Below are positions 43,808 to 53,299 of a DNA stretch of 64,000 nucleotides, piece after piece. Position numbers and translations under genes: made by a program. Source of the stretch: an uncultured Planctomycetales bacterium (GTDB lineage: Bacteria > Planctomycetota > Phycisphaerae > UBA1845 > Fen-1342); assembly GCA_964535305.1 (NCBI GenBank), contig CAZHTF010000002.1, forward strand, positions 62,058-126,057, given 5' to 3'. The first letter of the stretch is position 1, and every line of letters begins with the position of its first letter. The notes under the pieces were generated by a model. The model was not told the origin of the DNA. It saw only the letters and a list, made by a program, of their open reading frames with translations, and made no database searches.

Positions 43808-46800
43808 GTGAATAGGGCATTTGGTCGCTTGGTCGGAGTGGCCTTGCTGCTAGCGCTGGGTGCTGCGCCGCTGCTTGCCGAAGGCGAGGAACTGAAGCCG
43901 ATCAATCAGGCCTTCGATCGACAGGAATATTCGCAGGCGTATGAGCTGTTCAAGAAGCTCGATCGCGCAAAGCTTGGGGATGCCGACAAGAAATCCTACG
44001 ATGAACTCGCCAAGCTGCTACCAGCGGCGATCGCCGGTCAGCAGACGGCCGAGCGCGACCTGGCTGCGGCCGATCAGGCGCTGGCCGCGGGCAGCAGCGA
44101 TGACGCCAATCGGCTGTACGCGGGTGTGGTCGCGAATCGCTTCGCGCTGCCCGCGGCGCAGCAGCACGCAACCGCGCAGCGGCTGAAGCTGCAGCAGGGC
44201 AGCGCCGGCACATTGGTCTCGACCGGCTCGAGCTCGAGCAGCGGCGGCGCCGGCCCGACGCCGCGCTCGAATCAACCGGTTGGCCAGCTTGTCCCGATCG
44301 ACGGCGCCCGCGCCGCCGCGCCTGCGCCGGTCGCGGCCAAGCCAGCCGCGGCTGCCCAGCCAGTCGTTGCACAGCCGGCGACCGCGCAGCCGGTGATGAC
44401 GGCGAACGCTTCGAGCACGCCCACGCAGAGCCAAGGCATGGCGCCGCTCAGCAGCGGTTCATCCGCAGCGATGGAGCCGTCGTTCACGGCCACGCCGCTG
44501 CCAGTCGCCGTAGGCGAGACGGGACGTGTCGACATCGTGACCGACCTGAAGCGGCGCGACGAACTGCTCTGGCAGCGTGCGGTAGCCAAGCTCTCGGAGC
44601 TGAGCCGCACGGCGCGCGAGGCGGTCGTGAAGGAGAATTTCGACGAGGCCCGGCAACTGGCTGACACCGCGGTGCAGACGATCGAATCCGCCCGCGGCTA
44701 CGCCGACCCGCCGGAGAAATACGAAGTGGCGCGGGCCGCGGCGCAGGCGTTGCGGCAGGAAGTTGCCGACGCGTCATCCGCCGCCGAGGTGCAGAAGACG
44801 CGTGACGCGCAGGAAGAGATCGCGGCCCGCATCGTGGCGCGCAAGGCCGAGCAGGAACGGCTGAAGGCCGAGAAGATCGAGCAGTTGTTCAACACGGCTC
44901 GGCAGCTTCGCAGCGAGCGGCGTTTCGCCGAAGCGGTTGAGACGGTGCGGCAGATCCTGGCGATCGACCCGGGCAACGACAAGGCCACGGCCCAGCTCGA
45001 GCTGCTCGAGGATTTCGCCTCGTTCGCCGAGCAGCGCGATCTGCATGATGTGTTTCTGCGCAGCTCGCGCTCGATTTTGATGGATGCGGACGAAGTCAAG
45101 ATTCCGTATCCGCAGGACGTGCTCTATCCGCGGAACTGGCTGGAGCTGAGCGCTCGGCGGGCGAGCGCCGGGCTGGTCGCGCCGCGCTCCGAGGAAGATC
45201 GCGAGCTGAATTCTCGCCTGGAAGACCGGATCGACGACATCAATCTCGAAGAGACCTCGCTCGAGCAGGTGGTCGGCTTCCTGCGCGAGCTGAAGGAAGT
45301 GAATATCAATGTCGATTGGGAGGATCTGGAGCTCAACGGCATCAAGCGCGAAAAGCCCGTCAGCCTGAAGCTGCGCGACGTGGCCTTCAAGACCGTCTTG
45401 GGAGAAGTGCTCGCGCAGGTCGGGTCCGAGGCGCCGCTGGCCTACACCATCGCCGACGGCGTGCTGCGGGTCGCAACCAAGACCAAGCTCGACCGCGACA
45501 AGTTCATCCTGGTCTATGACATCCGCGACTTGCTGGTCGATATTCCGAAGTTCAGCGACGCACCGGCTTTCGGCTCCGACGCCTTCGCCAAGGGCCCGGA
45601 AGCCAACAGCGTCGGCGGATCGAGCGCCGGCGGCACACTGACTTCGAACCTCTTCAGCGAATCGCCAAGCCCGACCGACCTGCCCGACCCGAAGGTCAAC
45701 CAGAACATGGTCGCCTCCGTCATGGACATCCTCCGCACCACGGTCGAGCCGGATTCGTGGCGCGAGTCGGGCGGCGGCGACGGCGCGCTACGCGAGCTCA
45801 ACGGCCAGCTCATCGTCTATAACACGTCCGAGGCGCATCGGCAGGTCGCTGACCTGCTCGGGCAACTGCGGGCCACCCGCGCACTGCAGATCTCGGTCGA
45901 GAGCCGCTTTCTGATCGTCACCTCGAACTTCCTGGAAGAAATCGGCGTCGACCTGGATTTCGTCTTCAACTCCGGCAACGCCGGCTTTGACCGCGCGTTC
46001 AACGCGCAGAACGCTCCAATCGTCGACCCCTTCACCGGCGCCCCCGTGCTGATCCCGCGGCAGTTCTCGCGCGGCGGCTTCCTGCCCGCCGTCCCGGCGG
46101 TCGGCACGCCCTTCGGCACGACCGCCGCCCCGCAGCAGCCTTTCGGCCAGGCCGGGCTGGTGCCGTCGTTTGGCGGTGTGGTGCCGCAGATCGATGAGAT
46201 GACACCCATCACGGCGCAGCAAAGCTCGCTCTCAGTGACCGATCCCAGCGCGCTGAACACCGGCGTGCCGGGCTCGATCGCGCAGCGGGCCGGTTTCGGC
46301 CCGGCGCTGAACATCGCCGGCTCCTTCCTGGATAACCTGCAGGTCGATTTCCTGATCCGCGCCACGCAGGCCAACGCGCGCTCCAGCATCATCCAAGCCC
46401 CGCGGCTGGTGCTCTTTAATGGGCAGCGCGCCTTTGTCGCCATTGCCCGAAATCGCAGCTACGTCGCCAGCCTGAACCCGGTCGTCGCTGAGGGTGCCGT
46501 CGGCGTGCAGCCTATCATCAACAACATCCCCAGCGGCGTAACGTTGGATGTCGAGGGCACCATCGGCGCCGATCGCCGCTACGTCACACTCACCGTGCGA
46601 ACCTCGCTCGCTCAGGAGCCGCGCTTCGAACGCTTCGAAGTGCAGCGCAGCGGCGGCGCGGCGAGCGGCTCGCCCAGCTTGTTCGTCCTGCTGCCCGACC
46701 AGGAAATCCGCCAGATCAATACGACCGTCTCGGTGCCCGACGGCGGCACGGTCCTGCTCGGCGGCCTGAAGCAGGTCGGCGAAATCGAGATCGAGGCCGG

Positions 46801-46966
46801 CGTGCCGATCCTCAGCAAGATCCCCGTGCTCAAGCGGGCTTTCACCAACACCACCACCGTCAAGGACACGCAGACCCTACTGATCCTGCTCAAGGCCAAA
46901 ATCCTCATCCAGAAGGAAGCCGAGGAAGAGGCCTTCCCGACGCTCAGCTCCAGCATCGGCGGCTGA
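43808..46966 (+). CDS. secretin (type II/III secretion / PilQ family) with a long N-terminal TPR/coiled-coil extension
   Basis: AAGGAG lies 6 nt before the GTG and a signal peptide is present. The secretin C-domain includes LQISVESRFLIVTSNFLEEIGVDLDF and IIQAPRLVLFNGQRAFVAI. It also includes VSVPDGGTVLLGGL...GVPILSKIPVLKRAF...LLILLKAKIL. Confidence 0.85.
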   Translation: MNRAFGRLVGVALLLALGAAPLLAEGEELKPINQAFDRQEYSQAYELFKKLDRAKLGDADKKSYDELAKLLPAAIAGQQTAERDLAAADQALAAGSSDDANRLYAGVVANRFALPAAQQHATAQRLKLQQGSAGTLVSTGSSSSSGGAGPTPRSNQPVGQLVPIDGARAAAPAPVAAKPAAAAQPVVAQPATAQPVMTANASSTPTQSQGMAPLSSGSSAAMEPSFTATPLPVAVGETGRVDIVTDLKRRDELLWQRAVAKLSELSRTAREAVVKENFDEARQLADTAVQTIESARGYADPPEKYEVARAAAQALRQEVADASSAAEVQKTRDAQEEIAARIVARKAEQERLKAEKIEQLFNTARQLRSERRFAEAVETVRQILAIDPGNDKATAQLELLEDFASFAEQRDLHDVFLRSSRSILMDADEVKIPYPQDVLYPRNWLELSARRASAGLVAPRSEEDRELNSRLEDRIDDINLEETSLEQVVGFLRELKEVNINVDWEDLELNGIKREKPVSLKLRDVAFKTVLGEVLAQVGSEAPLAYTIADGVLRVATKTKLDRDKFILVYDIRDLLVDIPKFSDAPAFGSDAFAKGPEANSVGGSSAGGTLTSNLFSESPSPTDLPDPKVNQNMVASVMDILRTTVEPDSWRESGGGDGALRELNGQLIVYNTSEAHRQVADLLGQLRATRALQISVESRFLIVTSNFLEEIGVDLDFVFNSGNAGFDRAFNAQNAPIVDPFTGAPVLIPRQFSRGGFLPAVPAVGTPFGTTAAPQQPFGQAGLVPSFGGVVPQIDEMTPITAQQSSLSVTDPSALNTGVPGSIAQRAGFGPALNIAGSFLDNLQVDFLIRATQANARSSIIQAPRLVLFNGQRAFVAIARNRSYVASLNPVVAEGAVGVQPIINNIPSGVTLDVEGTIGADRRYVTLTVRTSLAQEPRFERFEVQRSGGAASGSPSLFVLLPDQEIRQINTTVSVPDGGTVLLGGLKQVGEIEIEAGVPILSKIPVLKRAFTNTTTVKDTQTLLILLKAKILIQKEAEEEAFPTLSSSIGG

Positions 46967-46967
46967 C

Positions 46968-47999
46968 ATGCCCGCCCGCCGTACCGACTTCCCACAGCGC
47001 CCGTCGCAGACCCGCGGCGGGCGCTGGCGTTACATCGTCGCGACCTGCTTGCTCGCAGACGTAAGCGTGTGCCTGGCGCAGTTCCCGGCAGCCGCGGTGA
47101 TTCCGCCGAGCAGTGCCCCCACTACTCGACCAGTCGACGCGCCACACAGCCAGCCGCCCGCCGGCGCGACTCAGGCCGCCGACGGACTGAAGCGATTCGC
47201 GCAGGGCGTCGCGATCGATTGGCATTCACCCGCCGTGCATGTCGATGGCCGCATTGTGCTGCGCGAGGGGCCGCTGGAGTTTCTGGCATGCTTCGCGGGC
47301 AAAGAGCACGAGAGCATCGTGCGGCTGAACGCCTCCGCGGCGCACATTTACCAGGCGCTCGGACTGATCGGCGTCGCGCCCGGCGCGCCGCCGCGCTGGG
47401 ACGACGCCGCGCAGCGCTACGAACCGGCCAGCGGCGACCTATTGGAACTCTCGTTTGCGTGGCGCGATGGCGCGGAGCTGCGGCGGGCGCCGGCGGCGAG
47501 CTGGCTGCTGGAAAGCGAGTACGAGCAAGTCGCGCCGCAACGCTTCTGGCACTTCGCCGGTTCGCGGCTGCTGGACGACGGTACGCTGGCTTGCGAGCGC
47601 TCCGGATCAGGCGTGGCGCTCGTGGATTTCTCAGACAGCCTGCTGGCGCTGCCGCGCGGGTTCGCCAACCGCGATGCGGAGCTCTGGTCGCGCGCGAATA
47701 CCGCCGCGATCCCAGCGATTGAAACGCCCGTCACGCTGATTCTGCAGCCGGCGCGCTGGCAGCCGCGCAGCGTGCAGATCGATGCGCACGGGCGGATCTC
47801 GATCGACGGCCGCCGCGCGCAGCCCGAAGATCTGCTCGAATCACTGCGGCTGATGCGCCAACTTGAGCCGGCGGCCGCGCAGCCGATTCTGGATGCGGCA
47901 CTGCTTCGGGCCGACATCGTCGCGCTCCGGCGGAAAATCGAACGCGCCGGGATCGCGGCGGACGCGATCCGCTTCGAGCGTATCCCGCCGCGCCGGTAA
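46968..47999 (+). CDS. YdjY-like periplasmic protein with an ExbD-like C-terminal segment (tentative)
   Basis: It starts 1 nt after the secretin stop. The core is VHVDGRIVLREGPLEFLACFAGKEHESIVRL. The tail is VQIDAHGRISIDGRRAQPEDLLESL. The family names are recalled, not searched. Confidence 0.55.
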   Translation: MPARRTDFPQRPSQTRGGRWRYIVATCLLADVSVCLAQFPAAAVIPPSSAPTTRPVDAPHSQPPAGATQAADGLKRFAQGVAIDWHSPAVHVDGRIVLREGPLEFLACFAGKEHESIVRLNASAAHIYQALGLIGVAPGAPPRWDDAAQRYEPASGDLLELSFAWRDGAELRRAPAASWLLESEYEQVAPQRFWHFAGSRLLDDGTLACERSGSGVALVDFSDSLLALPRGFANRDAELWSRANTAAIPAIETPVTLILQPARWQPRSVQIDAHGRISIDGRRAQPEDLLESLRLMRQLEPAAAQPILDAALLRADIVALRRKIERAGIAADAIRFERIPPRR

Positions 48000-48075
48000 C
48001 TACGTTTCGCCTGCTGTCGGGACCCACCGGGCGAAACAGGTTTGACGCCCCGCTGCAATGCGCGGCAGCGGGCGC

Positions 48076-50010
48076 TTACGCACCGGACTGCTTCTCGCTC
48101 AGCTCGAACCACACCTCTTCCGCCAGTGAGAGCTCGGCCTTGGCCGCGTCGAGCTCGGCCTGCAGCCTGGCTGCCGCGCCTGGATCGCGATAGCTCTGCG
48201 GATCGGCGAAGCGCTCATGCAGCGCGACGATCTGCGCCTCGCGCTGGCCAATCAGCGCTTCAACCTGCGCCAACCCCAGCCGCCGAAGCTGCGCCCGCGC
48301 CTGCCCGACGGCATCGCGCTGCGGCTTGGGGCTGTTCGCCGCGGCCACCGGCCTGGCGGGTTTGTCATCCGGCCTGCCGACCTGGACCTGGGCCGCCTCG
48401 CGCTCGATTTGCTCGATGTACGCCGTGTAATTGCCGCTGAACGTGCGGTGCGACGCATCCCGCAGCACCAGCAGCCGGTCGACAATGCGATCGAGAAAAT
48501 AGCGATCATGGCTGACGACCAGGATTGCACCGTTGAAATCGACCAGCGCGTCTTCGAGCGCCTCGCGCGAGGAAATGTCCAGGTGGTTGGTAGGCTCGTC
48601 CAGAATCAGCACATCCGGGTTCAGCATCAGCAGCATCAGCAGCCGCAGTCGCGATTGTTCACCGCCGGAAAGATCGCGGATCGGCTTGAAGACGTCGTCG
48701 CCGCTGAAGAGGAAGCGTCCCAGCAGGCTGCGTGCGCTTTGCTCGGAGAGATCCGGCCGCGCTTCCTGCATTTGCCGCAGAATGGTCCACTCATGCGTCA
48801 GGCTGGCGGCGTCCTGCGCGAAATAGCCGACGCGGGCGCGCGGGTCGATCTCGCAGCGGCCGGCGTCCGCGGGCATGACGCCGACAATCACCTTGAGCAG
48901 CGTGGATTTGCCCGTGCCATTCGGACCGGTGATGCCCAGGGCCTGCCCCGGATTGACCAGCAGCGAGACACCTTCAAAAAGCGGCCGCCCGCCAAGCTGC
49001 TTCGAAAGGTCCTGCGCGCGCAGCGTGGCGCGGGCACCGCCCTGCGACCCGTCAAACTCCAGCTTCAACTCGCGGCGCTGCTGCGGCGTGTCCAGCACGA
49101 ACGCATTCTCGCCGAGCATGCGCTCCAGCCGCGTGCGGCGGCCCTTGGCCTGCGCCGAGCGTTGCCCGGCCAGGTGCTGGGCGATGAAGGAGCGCTCCTT
49201 TTCGATGAAGGCGCGGTCTTTCTCGAATTGGCGCTGCTGGGTGAGGGCCTCGACGCGGCGCGTTTCGACGTAGGTGCTGTAATTCCCGGCGTACGAGCGC
49301 AGCTTGCCGCGCTCCAGCAGCACGATCCGCTGTGCCAGGCGATCAAGCAGGTAGCGATCGTGCGAGATGATCACGGCCCCGCCGGCGTGCGCCGCCAGAA
49401 AGCCCTCGAGCCAGCGAACCGCGTCGATATCCAGGTGATTGGTCGGCTCATCCAGCAGCAGAAACTGCCGCTGCGCCAACAGCAGCTTGGCGAGCGCGAC
49501 GCGGCACTTCTGCCCGCCGGAGAGCACCGCGATCGGCTTCTGGTACTCGTCGGGCGCGAAACCAAGCCCGCCCAGCACCTCGGCCGCTTTGCGCTCCAGG
49601 TTGTACCCATCCGCGGCCAGGAAGCGCTCGTTGACGCGCTCGTACTGATCCATCAGCGTGTGCAGCCCCGCGCCGTGCGCGCTGGCCATCGCCTCGGAGA
49701 GCTCGTGCATGCGGCGTTCGAGCGCCAGCAGCTCGGCGAAGGCGCTCATGGTCTCATCGTGCACAGTGCTGGAAGAATCCAGCGCCGGCTCCTGCGGCAG
49801 ATAGCCGACTTCCAGCCCGCGGGCCACATGCACGCGGCCCATGTCCGCCGCCATTTGCCCGGCGATCAGGCGAAAGAGCGTGGTCTTGCCGGCCCCGTTC
49901 GAGCCGACCAGCCCAACGATCTCGCCCGGGACGAACTCGATCGAGAGGTCGTCAAGCACGACGCGCCCGCCGAGCTGCTTGGTCAGGTTTTCGATGCGTA
50001 TCAGGGACAT
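48076..50010 (-). CDS. ABC-F family ATPase (Uup-like, C-terminal coiled coil)
   Basis: There are two ABC cassettes and no TM domain. Walker A motifs are GSNGAGKTT and GPNGTGKST. Signature motifs are LSGGQKCR and LSGGEQSR. A C-terminal helical tail is present. Confidence 0.92.
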   Translation of the reverse strand: MSLIRIENLTKQLGGRVVLDDLSIEFVPGEIVGLVGSNGAGKTTLFRLIAGQMAADMGRVHVARGLEVGYLPQEPALDSSSTVHDETMSAFAELLALERRMHELSEAMASAHGAGLHTLMDQYERVNERFLAADGYNLERKAAEVLGGLGFAPDEYQKPIAVLSGGQKCRVALAKLLLAQRQFLLLDEPTNHLDIDAVRWLEGFLAAHAGGAVIISHDRYLLDRLAQRIVLLERGKLRSYAGNYSTYVETRRVEALTQQRQFEKDRAFIEKERSFIAQHLAGQRSAQAKGRRTRLERMLGENAFVLDTPQQRRELKLEFDGSQGGARATLRAQDLSKQLGGRPLFEGVSLLVNPGQALGITGPNGTGKSTLLKVIVGVMPADAGRCEIDPRARVGYFAQDAASLTHEWTILRQMQEARPDLSEQSARSLLGRFLFSGDDVFKPIRDLSGGEQSRLRLLMLLMLNPDVLILDEPTNHLDISSREALEDALVDFNGAILVVSHDRYFLDRIVDRLLVLRDASHRTFSGNYTAYIEQIEREAAQVQVGRPDDKPARPVAAANSPKPQRDAVGQARAQLRRLGLAQVEALIGQREAQIVALHERFADPQSYRDPGAAARLQAELDAAKAELSLAEEVWFELSEKQSGA

Positions 50011-50151
50011 TCAGGAGGGTTAGTGTAGCGAGTTCACACCGCTAGACAGCCGGGCTGCGACCGTCGATTCGCGCGGGCGCGGCGGTTTTCGCACCGTGCG
50101 GCTTACGCTATCATCCCGCGAAATTTCAGCCGGGAAAATTGAGGTGCAGAC

Positions 50152-50463
50152 ATGCCTCAGCGCGTCCGAGTCGCCGCGGCGGCGGAATTACCGCCGGGCA
50201 AGTGCGTCGCGATCAACGTCGGCGCCAATCGCGTGGCGGTCTTCAATGTCGGCGGCGAGTATTTCGCGATCGATGACAAGTGCCCGCATCGCGGCGGTCC
50301 GCTGTCGGAAGGTGAGCTCGACGGCACGACCGTCAGTTGCCCGTGGCACGCCGCAACTTTCGACCTGCGCAGCGGCGCGGTCACCGGTCCGCCGGCGAAT
50401 ACTTGCGTGAAGTGCTACGCGGTGAAGCTCGACGCGGGCGAAGTCTTCGTCGAAACGCCGTAG
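50152..50463 (+). CDS. Rieske [2Fe-2S] domain protein (NirD-like small subunit)
   Basis: GAGGTG lies 5 nt before the ATG. The Rieske motifs are CPHRGGPL and CPWHAATF. Confidence 0.85.
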   Translation: MPQRVRVAAAAELPPGKCVAINVGANRVAVFNVGGEYFAIDDKCPHRGGPLSEGELDGTTVSCPWHAATFDLRSGAVTGPPANTCVKCYAVKLDAGEVFVETP

Positions 50464-50571
50464 AGATCGCTGACCGCACCGTGTGCATTGTCTTCAAGCC
50501 GCGCGTCAGCACGACCGCCTCGTGCGACTCGCGCGCTTGCGGGCTGCGTTCCACAGTAGGGAGTCGGTCTG

Positions 50572-50796
50572 CTAGCGGCCCAGCAGCGGCAACAGAATCG
50601 CCGTGGTCGAGCTGTCTTCCGCGCCGAGTTGCACCAGCGCCTGCAAAAACGCCGCAAACAGGCTGTTTACCGCGGTGATAATGCCGTTCTCGGCGGTTGT
50701 CCGCAGCGTCGGGTCGCAGTCGCCGAAGAGAAATGTCGTACCCAGCAGTGGCGCGGCCCAGCGCATCAGCCGCAATTCGATCGATGGCTTGCTCAT
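50572..50796 (-). CDS. hypothetical small protein (74 aa)
   Basis: Composition is balanced. It lies on the same strand, 99 nt downstream of the zinc-ribbon gene. No family recognised. Confidence 0.35.
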   Translation of the reverse strand: MSKPSIELRLMRWAAPLLGTTFLFGDCDPTLRTTAENGIITAVNSLFAAFLQALVQLGAEDSSTTAILLPLLGR

Positions 50797-50895
50797 GCTC
50801 GTGTTACCCTTCAGATTCCCGGCGGTTGCGACTCGACTTCATCATCGCTGCGAGCGGACTGTCCGGCAAGCGTGCCCGATCGACCCGGTTCGCAT

Positions 50896-51423
50896 CTAGA
50901 ACGGCCAGATTAACCGCCGCAGGAACCGCAGCCCGCGGGCCATCTCCCGCGGGTTGCGGACGTTCGTCGCGGCCGCATCGACGACCGAGGCGGACTGCGC
51001 GTCGAGCTGGGCTTTCAGCAGGGCCGCGTACACATACGCGTCCTGCTCCTTCCACTGCTCCGGGTGATCCTGCATGTACTCCCAATAGATTTGGCATTTC
51101 TCCAGCTCGCCGCGGTCCAGCCAGATTCCGCGACACTTCGGGCAGTGGTCGTACTGAATTTCTTTCCAGAATGCGAAGGCCGCCTTGTCCATCGGTGTGC
51201 CGCAGGTCATGCACCAGAGCGTCTCGGAGCGGTTGCTGCGATCGGCTAGGTCCATCATCGCCTGCCGCACGTCCTCAGGCATGCTGAGCTCGCGCCGCCC
51301 GAGGATCACGTCCATGCGCTCCCCGCTGAGCCAGTTCCCGCCGCACTGCCCGCAGTTGTAGATGCGGACGCCTTCGTATTCGATCGGCTCAGCCTGACAC
51401 TTGCACGCCGGACAGCGTGGCAT
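50896..51423 (-). CDS. double zinc-ribbon (zf-TFIIB-like) protein
   Basis: There are two CxxC...CxxC units: CPACKC...CGQCGGNWL and CMTCG...CPKCRGIWLD. Confidence 0.7.
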   Translation of the reverse strand: MPRCPACKCQAEPIEYEGVRIYNCGQCGGNWLSGERMDVILGRRELSMPEDVRQAMMDLADRSNRSETLWCMTCGTPMDKAAFAFWKEIQYDHCPKCRGIWLDRGELEKCQIYWEYMQDHPEQWKEQDAYVYAALLKAQLDAQSASVVDAAATNVRNPREMARGLRFLRRLIWPF

Positions 51424-51464
51424 GTTGCGCTCCTTCGCGCAGCATGATAGCTGGCTCGCGGCGG

Positions 51465-52469
51465 CTACTCGATGATCCGGCGGCGCGGCGTACCGGGCTG
51501 CTTGCGGCGTCCGCCGGGTGCTGCATCGCCCGGGCGCGGCGCAGGCGGACGCGGCCTGCCGCCGCCGCGCGATGACGCACCACGCGGAACCACGCTGCGC
51601 CCGGCGACATCGCGACTGCTCGAGTCGCGCGCGGCGGACTCGCGCGGAGCAGCGCCCAGCTTTCGGCGGCGCCGCTTGTGCGGTTCGGCACCGCGCTGCT
51701 CGGCCCGTTCGGCGGCCTGCTCGGTCGCAGCGCGCAGCGCGTGCACTTCGGCCGCTGTCAAGCGACGACTGGCGCCCAAAGGCAGCCCTTTCAGCGCCAG
51801 CGGTCCGATCTCAATGCGCTTCAGGCGCGTCACCGGGAAGCCCAGCTTGGCCAGCATCCGCCGCACCTGCCGATTGCGGCCTTCGCGGAGCGTGAGCTCA
51901 AGCACGCTGCGGTCGCGCGTGCGGTGGACGATCTGGACGCCTGCGGCGCGGGCTTTGCCCTCGGCCAGGTGTACACCTTCGCGCAGCACGCTGGGCACCT
52001 CATCCGGCACGAAGGCGCGCACCTCGGCCCGATAGCGTTTCTGAATGCCGTAGCGCGGGTGGGTGACGCGCGCCGCGAGCTCACCGTCGTTGGTCAGCAG
52101 CAGCAGGCCGGTGCTCTCGGCATCCAGTCGGCCGACGACGAAGAGCCGCGTGGACATCTGCGGCAGCAGGTCGATGGCGCGCGTGCGCCGCGCTGGATCG
52201 AAATCGGTGCAGACCACGCCCTTGGGTTTGTGCAGCACCCAGTATTCGAGCCGCTGCATTTGCACGCGCTCGCCATCGACAATCACCACGTCGCTGCGTG
52301 GGTCGACGAACGCCGGCAGCTTCTCGATCACCTGGTCGTTCACCAGCACGCGGCCCTCGGCGATGAGGGACTCAGCGTGACGGCGTGACGTAACGCCCGC
52401 GTCAGATAGGAACTTCTGCAGACGTACGCTTCGCGTCGGGCTGGCTAGCTGCTTGCTGTTCACGTGCAC
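51465..52469 (-). CDS. rluB: pseudouridine synthase, RsuA/RluB family, with Arg-rich tail
   Basis: The S4 domain is RLQKFLSDAGVTSRRHAESLIAEGRVLVND. The catalytic motif is VGRLDAESTGLLLLTNDGEL. Possible GTG starts are at 52469 and 52463. Confidence 0.85.
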   Translation of the reverse strand: MHVNSKQLASPTRSVRLQKFLSDAGVTSRRHAESLIAEGRVLVNDQVIEKLPAFVDPRSDVVIVDGERVQMQRLEYWVLHKPKGVVCTDFDPARRTRAIDLLPQMSTRLFVVGRLDAESTGLLLLTNDGELAARVTHPRYGIQKRYRAEVRAFVPDEVPSVLREGVHLAEGKARAAGVQIVHRTRDRSVLELTLREGRNRQVRRMLAKLGFPVTRLKRIEIGPLALKGLPLGASRRLTAAEVHALRAATEQAAERAEQRGAEPHKRRRRKLGAAPRESAARDSSSRDVAGRSVVPRGASSRGGGRPRPPAPRPGDAAPGGRRKQPGTPRRRIIE

Positions 52470-52574
52470 TCACTCCGGGCCGCGGCCCGCTAGTGTAGTG
52501 CAATCTGCGATGCATCGCGGCCGGCCCGCGGCACACGTTCATGTCATCGGCCGCGTCCAACCTCCGCGCCGGCT

Positions 52575-53198
52575 TTACGCCCGGCGTCGCAGCATCGCCG
52601 CAAGCAAGCCTGCACTTACTAGCAGCAGCGCCGAAGATGGCTCGGGGACGGCTTGGAATTCCAGCGTGAACGGCAGCGAGTCGGCATGCACGCCGTTCAC
52701 GTCAAACACCTGGAACGTGGCGCGGAAAGTCTGGCCGGGCTGCGCGCCGGGCGCGATGCCGTAGCGCAGGTGCTCGTGCCACCAGAGCAGCGGGTTGTTT
52801 TCGTTGTCGCCTGAGAAGGTGTGCGTGTCGCCGTCGTTCGACAGGATCGGATTCAGAGCCGAGTCAAACATCTCGAAGCCGGGATCAAAGCTGATGCGGC
52901 GGATGGCGGCCCCGACCAGCGACGCCAGTCCGAAGCGGCCATTGGCCGGGTCGTCGACTTTCAGGCCGTCCCAGCCGGGCTCGATGCTGGCGAAATATCC
53001 CGCCAGCGGACCGCTGGTGACCGGATCGAGCGCGTAGGGCGAAGCGACCTGCGTCGGATACGCGACCTGCAGCCGCTGCTGCGAGCTGCCATCGTGCGAG
53101 ATCAGGAAGTCGATCGCGGTAGCGCTGGCGGTCGCGGCGCAGCTCCAGGCGAGCGCCAGCGTGGCCAGCATCGAGTGTGCAGAACAAATCTTTCGCAT
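52575..53198 (-). CDS. PEP-CTERM sorting-domain secreted protein
   Basis: A signal peptide is present. The C-terminus is AVPEPSSALLLVSAGLLAAMLRRRA. Confidence 0.8.
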   Translation of the reverse strand: MRKICSAHSMLATLALAWSCAATASATAIDFLISHDGSSQQRLQVAYPTQVASPYALDPVTSGPLAGYFASIEPGWDGLKVDDPANGRFGLASLVGAAIRRISFDPGFEMFDSALNPILSNDGDTHTFSGDNENNPLLWWHEHLRYGIAPGAQPGQTFRATFQVFDVNGVHADSLPFTLEFQAVPEPSSALLLVSAGLLAAMLRRRA

Positions 53199-53299
53199 CT
53201 TTCCCTCACTTTTCCCACATGAATAGAACGAACGTCCTTCAAACCCCAGGCTGAAGCACTCGCGCGCTCAGCCTCCTAAATTCAGTATCACAATCACAA

